Source: Candidatus Spongiisociaceae bacterium
GTDB taxonomy: Bacteria; Actinomycetota; Acidimicrobiia; Spongiisociales; Spongiisociaceae
Assembly (NCBI GenBank): GCA_965202665.1
Contig: OZ241841.1
Location: forward strand, 2,016,001 to 2,080,000
Direction: 5' to 3'
DNA: 64,000 bases
Below the pieces are notes generated by a model. The model worked only from the letters and a program-made list of their open reading frames with translations, was not told the origin of the DNA and did no database searches. Positions 50,032 to 59,590 of the stretch are shown one piece after another. Numbering within the stretch: position 1 is the stretch's first letter; each line of letters starts with the position of its first letter. Made by a program: the position numbers and the translations under genes.

Positions 50032-50619
50032 ATGACGGACAAGGAAGCCCGGGGAACCCCGACGGAGAAAGGGAAGTTCCGGTCGGCCGCCGGGCGGCTG
50101 TTGGTGGCGGCCCCGGGGATGGCAGATCCCAACTTCGCCCGCACCGTGGTGCTGATCATGGAGCACACCCCGGAGGGGGCGGCCGGTCTGGTGCTCAACC
50201 GCCCCACCAGGGCTGATTTGCTGGATCATCTGCCCGGCTGGTGGTCGGCGGCCGCCGATCCGCGGGTGGTGTTCATGGGCGGTCCGGTGGGCGGCGGGGG
50301 CGGGGTGGGACTGGCCCGCGGGCCGGAGCTGACCCCTTTGGCGGGCTGGCCGGAGGTGCTGGGGGTGAGAGCGGTTGATTTGACCGCCGAACCGAACAAC
50401 GATTTCCATGTGGAAGCGCGTATTTTCGCCGGCTACAGCGGTTGGGCGGGCGGCCAGTTGGAAACCGAACTGTCCACCGGCTCCTGGTTCGTGCTGTCCG
50501 CCGAGCCGGAGGATGTGTTCACTTCCTCCCCGGGACGGCTGTGGGAGCGGGTGTTGCGCCGGGCGGGGGGCAAGCACGCCTGGTTCGCCACCTATCCCCC
50601 CGACCCCCGTTTGAACTGA
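50032..50619 (+). CDS. YqgE/AlgH family protein
   Basis: LLVA.P.M.DPNFARTV, GLVLNRP, GGPV and GYSGWAGGQL..E. Confidence 0.92.
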   Translation: MTDKEARGTPTEKGKFRSAAGRLLVAAPGMADPNFARTVVLIMEHTPEGAAGLVLNRPTRADLLDHLPGWWSAAADPRVVFMGGPVGGGGGVGLARGPELTPLAGWPEVLGVRAVDLTAEPNNDFHVEARIFAGYSGWAGGQLETELSTGSWFVLSAEPEDVFTSSPGRLWERVLRRAGGKHAWFATYPPDPRLN

Positions 50620-50654
50620 ACAGCCCCGCCGACCAGGCGGGAAGGAGAGAACCC

Positions 50655-51722
50655 ATGAACCATCGAACCCCCGACCCCGATCTGCTCAAGAGGTACGCCC
50701 TTGATGTTTGGAAGTACAAGCAGGGCGAGATGGTCAGCTTGATGATCCATCTGGGGGACCGCTTGGGCCTGTACCGGACGATGGCGGGCGGGGAAATTTG
50801 GACGCCGGAGAGGTTGGCGGCCAATGCCGGTTTGGACGAGCGGATGGTTCGGGAGTGGCTTTTGGGACAGGCCGCCGCCGGGCTGATAACCCGTTCCCCG
50901 TCGGGGGAGTACCGGTTGGAGCCGGAAGGCGAGGCGGTGCTGGTAGATGAGCGGGCCCTGTCCTTCGCGGCCGGGGCTTTCATCGGCGGGTTCCCTCCCG
51001 TCCGGATCGAAGCCATGGCGGACGCCTTTCGCACCGGTCGGGGTTTTTCCTTCAGCGAACAGGGGGAGGAGACGGCCCGCCAGATCGACCGGATGAACGC
51101 CCCCTGGCTGTCCGGTTTCCTGCTGGACGAGGTCCTGCCCGGTTTGGACGGGGTGGCGGAGAAACTGGAGGCGGGGGCCCATGCAGCCGACGTCGGATGC
51201 GGCGGGGGCATCGCCTTGCAGTCCTTGGCCCGGCGCTTTCCGGCCAGCCATTTCGTCGGTTACGAACCCTCCGGCCCCGGGTCGGAACGGGCCCGGTCCC
51301 GCACCGCCGATTTGCCCAACGCCCGCATCGTCCAAGCCCCGGGGGAGGAGTTGCCCGCCCATCCGCCGCTGGATTTGGCGATGACCTTGGACTGCCTGCA
51401 CGACATGCCTTTCCCCGACCGGGCGGCGGCCGCCATCCGCCGGGCCCTGAAACCGGACGGAACCTGGCTGATCAAAGACATGCGTTGTTCGGAGGTTTTC
51501 GAAAAGAACCTGAAAAACCCGGTGCTGGCCATGCAGTACGGATACAGCATCAGCTCCTGCCTGGCCTCCGCCACTTCCCAGCCGGGCGGGGCGGCCCTGG
51601 GGACGCTGGGATTGCCCCCGTCGGAGGTGGAGCGGCTGGCCGGCGCGGCCGGTTTCTCCTCGGTGCGGGTCATCAGCTTGGAGGACGACCCCGTTCATCT
51701 CTACTACGAGGTGCGGACGTGA
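50655..51722 (+). CDS. Class I SAM-dependent methyltransferase with N-terminal wHTH (Rv2258c-like)
   Basis: LGDRLGLY, VREWL, DVGCGGG, DCLHDM, LKPDG; AAGGAG RBS. Confidence 0.88.
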   Translation: MNHRTPDPDLLKRYALDVWKYKQGEMVSLMIHLGDRLGLYRTMAGGEIWTPERLAANAGLDERMVREWLLGQAAAGLITRSPSGEYRLEPEGEAVLVDERALSFAAGAFIGGFPPVRIEAMADAFRTGRGFSFSEQGEETARQIDRMNAPWLSGFLLDEVLPGLDGVAEKLEAGAHAADVGCGGGIALQSLARRFPASHFVGYEPSGPGSERARSRTADLPNARIVQAPGEELPAHPPLDLAMTLDCLHDMPFPDRAAAAIRRALKPDGTWLIKDMRCSEVFEKNLKNPVLAMQYGYSISSCLASATSQPGGAALGTLGLPPSEVERLAGAAGFSSVRVISLEDDPVHLYYEVRT

Positions 51723-51759
51723 GAAGTTTGGCGCGGGGCGGCTACTAGGCTGGCCGGCA

Positions 51760-52338
51760 ATGCGCATAGATCTGGCCGGTTTCATCACCGAATTGAAGTC
51801 CCACGCCGTTGAGCACGGTTTCCACGTCCACGACGAGCGGCATTTCATCGAGTCCTACTCTTTGTTTCAGCATTGGGAGGTGGACGTTCATCCCGTGGAG
51901 GCGTGCTTGGGGCCGATGGAGATGCAGATCGTGCTGGAAGCCGACCCCCGTCCGTTGCTGGCCTTCGAGGACTTGGCCGGACAGGAGGACTGGGATCAGG
52001 ATGACATGGATTCCGACCCTTTTCATCTGCCGCTCTACTTCAAGTGGTCCCTGCCACCCCTTACCCATCCCCCCGACTTGCTCATCTTGTCCACCGACAT
52101 CGTGGACATTTCCGGCACCGTCATTCCCATTACGGTGCTGGCCACCGACACCATGTCGGCCACCGACCCGGCCACCCGCAGCCTGTCCCTGGTGGGGGAA
52201 ATCGACCTTTCAGTACGGGACTTGTACAAGCGGGAGACGGAACTGTGCGATGTGCTGGACTGCGCCCACCGGGTCAGCGCCTGGATTTTGGAACAGGCTG
52301 AGGAATGGCTGGGGGGCCCGAGCCGGATCTCCGACTAG
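51760..52338 (+). CDS. Hypothetical acidic cytoplasmic protein
   Basis: Host-like codon usage, globular composition, leaderless-type TAGGCT upstream. Confidence 0.75.
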   Translation: MRIDLAGFITELKSHAVEHGFHVHDERHFIESYSLFQHWEVDVHPVEACLGPMEMQIVLEADPRPLLAFEDLAGQEDWDQDDMDSDPFHLPLYFKWSLPPLTHPPDLLILSTDIVDISGTVIPITVLATDTMSATDPATRSLSLVGEIDLSVRDLYKRETELCDVLDCAHRVSAWILEQAEEWLGGPSRISD

Positions 52339-55006
52339 CCGCGCGGGCGGACCGCCGGTCGTGTAAGCGGGCCCATAGGCGCAACATGGAGGGCAGCACC
52401 AGTATGGCGGACAGCATGGCCAAGGCGATGGTGTAGGCGGTCACGAACCCGAATTGCCGGAAGGGGATGGTGGTGGAGGTGACCAGGATTCCGAACCCGG
52501 CCATGGTGGTCAGCGCCGACCCGAACAGGGCCCCGCCGGTGTGGGTGAGCGTGGAGCGGATGGCCTCCTCGTCGGTGTCGAAACGGGCCCGATCCTCCAA
52601 GAAGCGGTGGGTGATGTGGATCATATAGGGTATTCCGAATCCGATGGCCATGGCGGCGATGGTGGCGGTGACCGGTCCGAAGGGGATGCCGAAGGCGGCC
52701 ATCAGCCCGAACGACCACAGCACCACCAAGATGACCGGCAGGGTGGTCACCACCCCCAGCAACGGCCGCCGGGCGTCGAACCAGAAGTTGATGACCAGCA
52801 GGGCCAGGGCGGCCGCCAAGGTGAATACCAGCGACCACAATTGGGAGTTCTGCAGGGTGGTGACCACCACGTCGTTGATGATCTCGTTGGAGGTGGCCAC
52901 CGCCGACAGGCCCGCCGCGGCCGCCGGGGCGAAATCAGCGGCCAAGTCCGCCCGGAATCGCCCGGCTTGCGTCTCCCCGGCCTGGGAGGTGAAGGTGAAC
53001 AGGGCGGCGTCGTATTCGCCTCCGGTGCGGTGCAGCACCGCCGACATGTCATCGGGGGAGGCCGCCCAGGCCGCGTCGTACACTGCCCGCACGTCCGCCC
53101 CCTCCGGGAAAGCGGAAGTTTGGAAGTCGAATCCCTGCTCCGCCAGGGCCCCGCGCACCGCCTCGTTCCCGGACGGTCCGTCCCCGCCCATTTGCGTGAT
53201 GGCGTTGAAAGGGGAGGTTCCCGACACGCCTCCGCCGAAGGCCACCACGTTGTCGGTGTCGGCCAAGTTGCGGTTGGCGGCGGCCATTGCGTTCCAAGCC
53301 CCCGCCCCGGCCACCTCTCCTTCCACCAGCACCTGGGTCTGTTCGCCGAATCCCCCTCCGAAGTCCGCCAGCAGGGATTCGAAGGTGGGGCGCAACGGGG
53401 AGGTGACCGGTATGAAATCCAGGAAACTGAATTTGGCTTCCAGGTTGGACCACCCCCACGCCCCCAGCCCGCCCAGCGCCAGCGCCACCAGGGCGGCGAA
53501 GGCGGCCGCCCGGTTGGCGATGACCGAGGCGGTCCCGGCCAGGCGTCCCAGCAACCGGGCCTCCCCCGTCCCCAAGTTTTGCGGCTGCAGGGTTTGACGG
53601 CGTTGTCCCCGCCGGTCCAGCAATTCCCGCATGGCGGGTATGAAAGTGAGCATGAGCACGAAGGAGGAGGCGATCCCGATGGCGGCTAAAGCCCCGAATT
53701 CGCGCAGGGCGGGGATGCTGTTGAACACGTTGGTGAGGAAACCGACCGCGGTGGTGACGGTGGCCAGCACCAGCGCCACCCCCACCGTGCGGATGGCGAC
53801 GCCAACCGATTGGTCCACCGTCGCCCCGGAGGACAGCTCCTCCCGGTAGCGGGAGGTGACGTGTATGGAGTAGTCCACTCCCAACCCGATGAGCAGGATG
53901 GGGAGAATTTGCGTCATGGGGCTGGCCCCGCCGAACAGCAGGTATCCGATTCCGTTCATCCAGGCGATGGCGAAGAAAATGGTGATCAGCGTGAGCAGCG
54001 TGTCGGCTGTGGAGCGGCGCAAGCCCCGGTCGGTGAAAGTCCACGCTACGAACCCGGCGGCGAGGATCAGCCCGGCTATGGAAAAGAACAGGTTGCTGTT
54101 CAGGTTTTTGACCGCATCCGGGAAAATGCTGTCCAAGACTATTCCCAAAGTGGGCAGGATCACCAGCGCCAAAGCGGCCGCCACCGCCGCGATGGTGCCG
54201 ATCATCAGCCGCCGGGGGCCGGTGCGGGACGGTTTAATCAGGAACACCAAGGTGAGGACCAGCACGATGATCATGGCCGCCGTCCCGAACAGACGGCCCA
54301 GTTCCGCCTGGAATTCGCCGGTGTCCCCGAACAGCAGTTCAAAAGAGAAGGGTTCGGCGGTCACGCCGGCGGGCAGGTCCGCTTCCCGGATTTGGTCGGC
54401 GGCCGCCGACAGCTGATCCACGAAGCCGTCGAACCGGTCGCTGTCCGCCTCTTCCCCCTCCAGTCTGACCAGCATAAGGCCTTTGCCGGCGAAAGGCATT
54501 TCCGGGTCGGCCGCCTCCGGCAACATTCCCAACACGAAATCTTTCAGCGGACCGCGCGTTTCCTCCAAGCCCCGCCGGTACAGGGCCCCCACTTCCGCAT
54601 CCGAGGCGGGGCGGTCCGACCCCTGTTCCAGTTTCATCAACACCGGCCGCATGAAGCTGATGGGACCCTCCTCCGGCGGCAACCGGTCGGCGACCGCTCC
54701 GTTGGAAACGGTTTCGGTGATGGTTTCCACCGCCCGCAGTCCGTCCCGGCTGAACAAGTTGCCGTCCGCGGATGAAAAAATGATCTGGACGACGCTCAGA
54801 GAGACGTCGGATGCGAACAATTCGGAGATGCGCTCGTTGGCCGCCAGTTCGGGGGCGTTGGGGGCGAAGGAGTCGTTGTTGTCCTCCTCCGGCTGGAAGT
54901 TAGCCGACAGGGGTCCCAGCGCCAAGGTGATGGCGATGATCACCCCCAGCACCACCCAGGGCAACCGCCGGACCGCTTCGGCCAAAAAGTTTATAGCGGC
55001 TTTCAC
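52274..55006 (-). CDS. MMPL/RND-family transporter
   Basis: Two membrane repeats with GLGVDYSIH and GFGIPYMIH motifs plus large extracytoplasmic loops; 3' end overlaps the convergent gene by 65 bp. Confidence 0.9.
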   Translation of the reverse strand: MKAAINFLAEAVRRLPWVVLGVIIAITLALGPLSANFQPEEDNNDSFAPNAPELAANERISELFASDVSLSVVQIIFSSADGNLFSRDGLRAVETITETVSNGAVADRLPPEEGPISFMRPVLMKLEQGSDRPASDAEVGALYRRGLEETRGPLKDFVLGMLPEAADPEMPFAGKGLMLVRLEGEEADSDRFDGFVDQLSAAADQIREADLPAGVTAEPFSFELLFGDTGEFQAELGRLFGTAAMIIVLVLTLVFLIKPSRTGPRRLMIGTIAAVAAALALVILPTLGIVLDSIFPDAVKNLNSNLFFSIAGLILAAGFVAWTFTDRGLRRSTADTLLTLITIFFAIAWMNGIGYLLFGGASPMTQILPILLIGLGVDYSIHVTSRYREELSSGATVDQSVGVAIRTVGVALVLATVTTAVGFLTNVFNSIPALREFGALAAIGIASSFVLMLTFIPAMRELLDRRGQRRQTLQPQNLGTGEARLLGRLAGTASVIANRAAAFAALVALALGGLGAWGWSNLEAKFSFLDFIPVTSPLRPTFESLLADFGGGFGEQTQVLVEGEVAGAGAWNAMAAANRNLADTDNVVAFGGGVSGTSPFNAITQMGGDGPSGNEAVRGALAEQGFDFQTSAFPEGADVRAVYDAAWAASPDDMSAVLHRTGGEYDAALFTFTSQAGETQAGRFRADLAADFAPAAAAGLSAVATSNEIINDVVVTTLQNSQLWSLVFTLAAALALLVINFWFDARRPLLGVVTTLPVILVVLWSFGLMAAFGIPFGPVTATIAAMAIGFGIPYMIHITHRFLEDRARFDTDEEAIRSTLTHTGGALFGSALTTMAGFGILVTSTTIPFRQFGFVTAYTIALAMLSAILVLPSMLRLWARLHDRRSARAASRRSGSGPPAIPQPVPKSRR

Positions 55007-55108
55007 GCCTTCTCCTCGCCTTGGGCGGCCTATCTCACCGGAAACGGAAGTTTGATGACGGCAATAAAGCTAGGCGGTTTTTGAAGTTAGCGGTAATTGG
55101 CGGGGCGG

Positions 55109-56188
55109 TCACTTGTCCAGAACCTGGTCCAGGGCCTCCAAGAACCGGCGGTTTTCGCTTTCGGAGCCGATGGAAACGCGGGTCCATTCTTCGGCCAGGG
55201 CCCGCACCGCCACCCCCTGTTTTTCCAGGTCGCCGATCAGCCGGGGGGTGTCCGGACCGAGGCGGATCCACAGGAAGTTGGCCTGGGTGGGAACGAACTC
55301 GATTTTCCGCTCCCGCAATCCGGAGGAAATGCATTCCACACCCCGGCGGTTGAGCTCCCGCCGTTCCTCCACCCGCTCCGGGCAGCCCAGGGCGGCGACG
55401 GCCGCCTCCGCCGCCAGCCGGTTGACGGAAAAGGGGATCTGGGCTTTGCGCAGGGACGCCAGGGCGTCGGGATGGCCGATCATGTAACCGGCCCGCAGTC
55501 CGGCCAAGCCGTAAATTTTGGAGAAGGTGCGGGCCACCGCCACGTTGGGCCGTTGCACGGCGAGGGGGATGGCCGAGCCGAAATCGTCGGCGGTTGCGAA
55601 TTCGGCGTAGGCCTCGTCCACTACCGCCAAGACGTTGTCGGGCACCCGGTCCAGAAATTCCCGCAGGTCGGCGGCGGAGCGGTAGGTCCCGGTCGGGTTG
55701 TTGGGGTTGCACACCACCACCATGGTGGTGTCCTCCCGGACGGCCGCCGACATGGCCTGCAAGTCGTTGCGGCGGCGGTCGTCCAAGGGAACTTCGATGG
55801 GTTCCGCCGCTCCCAGCAGGCTGTTGACCCGGTACATGACAAAGGACGGCCACGGGTAGACGAAGCTGGTTCCGGGGCCGCCCAGGGCGCGGGCGGCGGC
55901 GGTGAGCAACTCCGAGGAGCCCGCCCCGCACCACAGGGATTCGGCGGGGACGCCGATGGCTTGCGAGAGGGCGGTGGTCAGCCGTCCCGCCCCCTGCTCC
56001 GGATAACGGTTGAGGCCGGGCGCGGCGCGGGCGATGGCTTCCTCCACTTCCGGGAAGGGAGGGTAGGGGTTTTCGTTGGAGGCCAGTTTCACCACCTCCG
56101 ACAGGCCGTGCCGGCGGGCGATTTCCTCTATTCCCGCCCCGGCCCGGTAGGGCGTTATCCGCTCTATTTCCCGGCGTATGCGCAACAT
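55109..56188 (-). CDS. hisC: Histidinol-phosphate aminotransferase (or close aromatic aminotransferase)
   Basis: KLASNENP, NRYP, NPNNPTG, DEAY and RTFSKIYGLAGLR; ATG 56188. Confidence 0.9.
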   Translation of the reverse strand: MLRIRREIERITPYRAGAGIEEIARRHGLSEVVKLASNENPYPPFPEVEEAIARAAPGLNRYPEQGAGRLTTALSQAIGVPAESLWCGAGSSELLTAAARALGGPGTSFVYPWPSFVMYRVNSLLGAAEPIEVPLDDRRRNDLQAMSAAVREDTTMVVVCNPNNPTGTYRSAADLREFLDRVPDNVLAVVDEAYAEFATADDFGSAIPLAVQRPNVAVARTFSKIYGLAGLRAGYMIGHPDALASLRKAQIPFSVNRLAAEAAVAALGCPERVEERRELNRRGVECISSGLRERKIEFVPTQANFLWIRLGPDTPRLIGDLEKQGVAVRALAEEWTRVSIGSESENRRFLEALDQVLDK

Positions 56189-56279
56189 CGGCCTAACGAT
56201 AACCGCCCCGGCCGGCAAATCGGAAAAGACCGGCGGGGGCAAAACGGGTTTGGACCGGCGGCGGGGTAGAATGGGGGCG

Positions 56280-58349
56280 ATGTTGCAAATTATCGATCCG
56301 TCCGGCCGGGTGGTGGGCGACCTTCCCGACTTGACCGATGAGGACTTTTTGGAGTTGTACCGGTTGATGGCGGGGGCCCGGCGTTTCGACCGCCGGGCGA
56401 TGCTTATGCAACGCAAAGGCAAGTTGGGAACCTATCCGCCTTTGGAAGGCCAGGAGGCCTCCCAGATCGGTTCGGCCTACGCGGCCGGCCCCGGCGACTG
56501 GTTTTACCCCGGCTACCGGGAGCACGGGACGCAGCTGGCCCGGGGCCTGCCCGCGGAGACCATCCTCTCCTTCTGGAGCGGGCGCCCCAACCGGCGGTGG
56601 GACGTCAACCGCCACCGGATGCACATCAACACCATTCCCATCGCCACCCAGATTCCGCATGCGGTGGGCCACGCCTACGCGGCCCGGCTGGCCGGAGAGG
56701 ACCTGGCCACCATCGTTTTCTTCGGAGACGGAGCAACCTCGGAGGGGGATTTCCACGCCGGGATGAACTTCGCCGGGGTGTGGAACACTCCCACCGTTTT
56801 CATCTGCTGCAACAACCGCTGGGCGATTTCGGTTCCTTTGCGCTCGCAGACCGCCGCCCCCACGTTGGCCGCCAAAGCGGAAGGTTACGGGATGCCGGGG
56901 GTGCGGGTGGACGGCATGGACGCGCTGGCCGTTTACGCCGCCGTCCGCCGGGCGTTGGAGCGGGCCCGGGAGGGAGGCGGCCCCACTTTCATCGAGGCCT
57001 TGACTTATCGCTACGGCCCGCACGCCACCGCCGACGATCCCAGCTTGTACCGGACGGAGGAAGAGGTGCGCTCCTGGCGGGAGAAGGACCCGCTGGACCG
57101 CTTCCGCCTTTTCCTGCAATCCCGCGATCTGTGGTCGGACCAGCTGGACGAGGGCCCGACGTCGGAGATGGACCGGCTGGTGGATGAGGCGGCCGAGGCG
57201 CTGGAGGAGCAGGTTCATTCCCGGGACGGCGCCATCCGGCATGTTTATTCCCGGCTTCCCTCTTCGCTGGTCGGGCAGTTGCGGGGGGCCCAGCGCCGGG
57301 AGGGGGAGGAGCCGGCGGAGTTCGAGACGGGGGAGATGTGGACGGTGGGCCGCGACCCGGCGCCCGCCGGGGACACCGCCCGGTGGACGATGGCCGAAGC
57401 CATCAACGACACTTTGCATCAGGCGATGGAGCGGTGGCCGGACGCCATCGTGCTGGGGGAGGACGTGGGCTTGGCGGGCGGCGTGTTCCGCATCACCGAA
57501 GGTTTGCAACGCAAATTCGGGGCGGAGCGGGTGATTGACACCCCCCTGTGCGAGTCGGGGATCGTGGGTACGGCGGTGGGCATGGCCATCGCCGGGGCCC
57601 GCCCCATCGCCGAAATCCAGTTCGACGGGTTCGTGTATCCGGCTTTCGATCAGATCGTCGGCCATCTGGCCCGGATGCGGTTCCGCACCCGCGGGCATGT
57701 GGAGATGCCGGTGGTGGTGCGTTGGCCGAACGGGGCGGGAATCGGGGCCCACGAGTTCCACTGCGACAGCCCCGAATCCTTTTTCGTGCACGCCCCGGGG
57801 CTGGTGGTGATAGTCCCCTCCACCCCGTCCGACGCCAAAGGCCTGTTGGCGGCGGCCATTGAAAGCCCGGATCCGGTGCTGTTTTTGGAGCCGAAGGTGT
57901 TGTACCGGTCAGGCCGGGAGGAGGTGCCGGTGGATCATTTCACCCTGCCCATCGGCCGCGCCCGGGTGCGGCGGGCGGGGGACGACGCCACGGTGGTCAC
58001 CTACGGCGGTTCGGTTCCCGCCGCGCTGGAGGCTGCAAGTATGTTGGCGGAGGAGGGGGTGGAGTGCGAGGTGATCGACCTGCGGACTTTGAAACCGTGG
58101 GACAGGGAGACGGTTTTGGAGTCGGTGGAGCGCACTTCCCGCCTGGTGCTGGTGCAGGAACCGCCCCGCTCGGCGGGCGTGGCAGCTGAAATAGCGGCCA
58201 CCGTGGCCGAGGAGGGCTTGTTCTATCTGGACGCCCCCATAATCCGGGTGACCGGCTTCGACGCCCCCTGGCCCCAGTTCGCCACCGAAAGCCACGCCTG
58301 GATAACCCCAGCCCGCATAACCGCCGCCGTAAAAGAAACCCTAACCTAG
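56280..58349 (+). CDS. Fused 2-oxoacid dehydrogenase E1 alpha+beta (pyruvate/branched-chain type)
   Basis: GDGATSEGDFH...NN TPP motif, YRYGPHATADD, then GEDVG..GGVFR, DTPLCE and EVIDLRTL. Confidence 0.93.
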   Translation: MLQIIDPSGRVVGDLPDLTDEDFLELYRLMAGARRFDRRAMLMQRKGKLGTYPPLEGQEASQIGSAYAAGPGDWFYPGYREHGTQLARGLPAETILSFWSGRPNRRWDVNRHRMHINTIPIATQIPHAVGHAYAARLAGEDLATIVFFGDGATSEGDFHAGMNFAGVWNTPTVFICCNNRWAISVPLRSQTAAPTLAAKAEGYGMPGVRVDGMDALAVYAAVRRALERAREGGGPTFIEALTYRYGPHATADDPSLYRTEEEVRSWREKDPLDRFRLFLQSRDLWSDQLDEGPTSEMDRLVDEAAEALEEQVHSRDGAIRHVYSRLPSSLVGQLRGAQRREGEEPAEFETGEMWTVGRDPAPAGDTARWTMAEAINDTLHQAMERWPDAIVLGEDVGLAGGVFRITEGLQRKFGAERVIDTPLCESGIVGTAVGMAIAGARPIAEIQFDGFVYPAFDQIVGHLARMRFRTRGHVEMPVVVRWPNGAGIGAHEFHCDSPESFFVHAPGLVVIVPSTPSDAKGLLAAAIESPDPVLFLEPKVLYRSGREEVPVDHFTLPIGRARVRRAGDDATVVTYGGSVPAALEAASMLAEEGVECEVIDLRTLKPWDRETVLESVERTSRLVLVQEPPRSAGVAAEIAATVAEEGLFYLDAPIIRVTGFDAPWPQFATESHAWITPARITAAVKETLT

Positions 58350-58395
58350 CCGCTGACGCGGGAGATGCGCCCGGCGGTGTTATTCTGAAAGGGCG

Positions 58396-59556
58396 ATGCC
58401 CGTTGCCCATCTGAATCCGGTCCTGTTGCGTTGGGCCTTGGCCAGGGCGGGTAAGGAACCGTCTGAGTTGGCCGCCGCTCTCAAGCAACCTCCGGAGAAA
58501 GTGGAAGGTTGGCTGGCCGGAGACTCCCGACCGACTTTCAAGCAGGCCCAGAACATCGCCCGACGCTTATGGGTTCCGTTCGGATATCTGTTCCTGTCCG
58601 CCCCTCCGGCGGAGCCGTTGCCGTTGAAAGATTTCCGCCGCTTGCCCGGCGGGCCAGGAACGGGGGTATCCGTTGATCTGCGGGCGGTTGTTTACGACGT
58701 GTTGCGCAAACAGGACTGGTACCGGGATTACCGGTTGGACGATGATGGTTCTCCGGTTCCGGCGGTGGGGGCCTATGCGGCTGATGCCCCGGTTTCTGAG
58801 GTGGCGGCCGGTATCGCGGGTCATCTAAGTTTGGGAACCGGGGCTGATTACCCGGACGCCAATCGGTTTCTGCGGGAGTTTGTTCGCAAGGCGGAGGCGG
58901 CGGGTGTGCTGGTGATGCGCAATGGGGTGGTCGGCCATAATCCCCGCCGTCCGTTGAACGTGGAGGAGTTTCGCGGCTTTTCCATTTCCGACCCGTTGGC
59001 CCCGGTGGTTTTTATCAACGCCGCGGACAGCGTACGGGCGCAACTGTTTACGCTGGCCCATGAGTTGGCTCATATCTGGGTGGGGGCGGGGGGCATATCG
59101 GATGCGGATTTGACGATTGGCGTTGATCACCAGACGAGCATGGAAGAGTTCTGCAACGCGGTGGCCGGGCAGGTTCTTCTGCCCTGGGATTTGGTGCGTG
59201 ATTGGTGGGCGGACGGAAAAACGCCTTGGCCGGAGTGGATTCACAAGGTAGCCAGCCGGTTTCGGCTGTCCACGGTGATGGTGGCTCGCCGCCTGTGGGA
59301 GGAGAAAGCGATCGAGCGTGATCAGTTCTTCGCTTTCTACGAAGCCGAACGAAGCATTTGGTCTAAGAAGAGCCCGTCCACGGGAGGGGATTTTTACCGG
59401 ACGGCTCTAACCAGAAACAGCCGGTTGTTTACCGAGGCGGTTCTGGCCGACCTGGGTTCCGTCAACACTTCCATACGGGAGGCATCCCGGCTGTTGGGGA
59501 TAAAACCGGCCAAATTGCCAACCCTCAAGGAAAAGATGGTCGGACGGTTCGTTTGA
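58396..59556 (+). CDS. XRE-HTH plus ImmA/IrrE-family metallopeptidase
   Basis: N-terminal HTH (WALARAG...W..G...PT..Q), EFRGF, IN..D...AQLFTLAHELAH (HExxH); T-rich codon usage. Confidence 0.9.
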   Translation: MPVAHLNPVLLRWALARAGKEPSELAAALKQPPEKVEGWLAGDSRPTFKQAQNIARRLWVPFGYLFLSAPPAEPLPLKDFRRLPGGPGTGVSVDLRAVVYDVLRKQDWYRDYRLDDDGSPVPAVGAYAADAPVSEVAAGIAGHLSLGTGADYPDANRFLREFVRKAEAAGVLVMRNGVVGHNPRRPLNVEEFRGFSISDPLAPVVFINAADSVRAQLFTLAHELAHIWVGAGGISDADLTIGVDHQTSMEEFCNAVAGQVLLPWDLVRDWWADGKTPWPEWIHKVASRFRLSTVMVARRLWEEKAIERDQFFAFYEAERSIWSKKSPSTGGDFYRTALTRNSRLFTEAVLADLGSVNTSIREASRLLGIKPAKLPTLKEKMVGRFV

Positions 59557-59590
59557 CCTAAAGCTTCCTGATGGATTTCGGGGGCGGGGG

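Noticed and set aside
41654-58396. Many genes with TANNNT just upstream of the start and no SD (e.g. 41654, 44050, 51760, 56188, 56280, 58396)
   Set aside because: Leaderless transcription is well established in actinobacteria.
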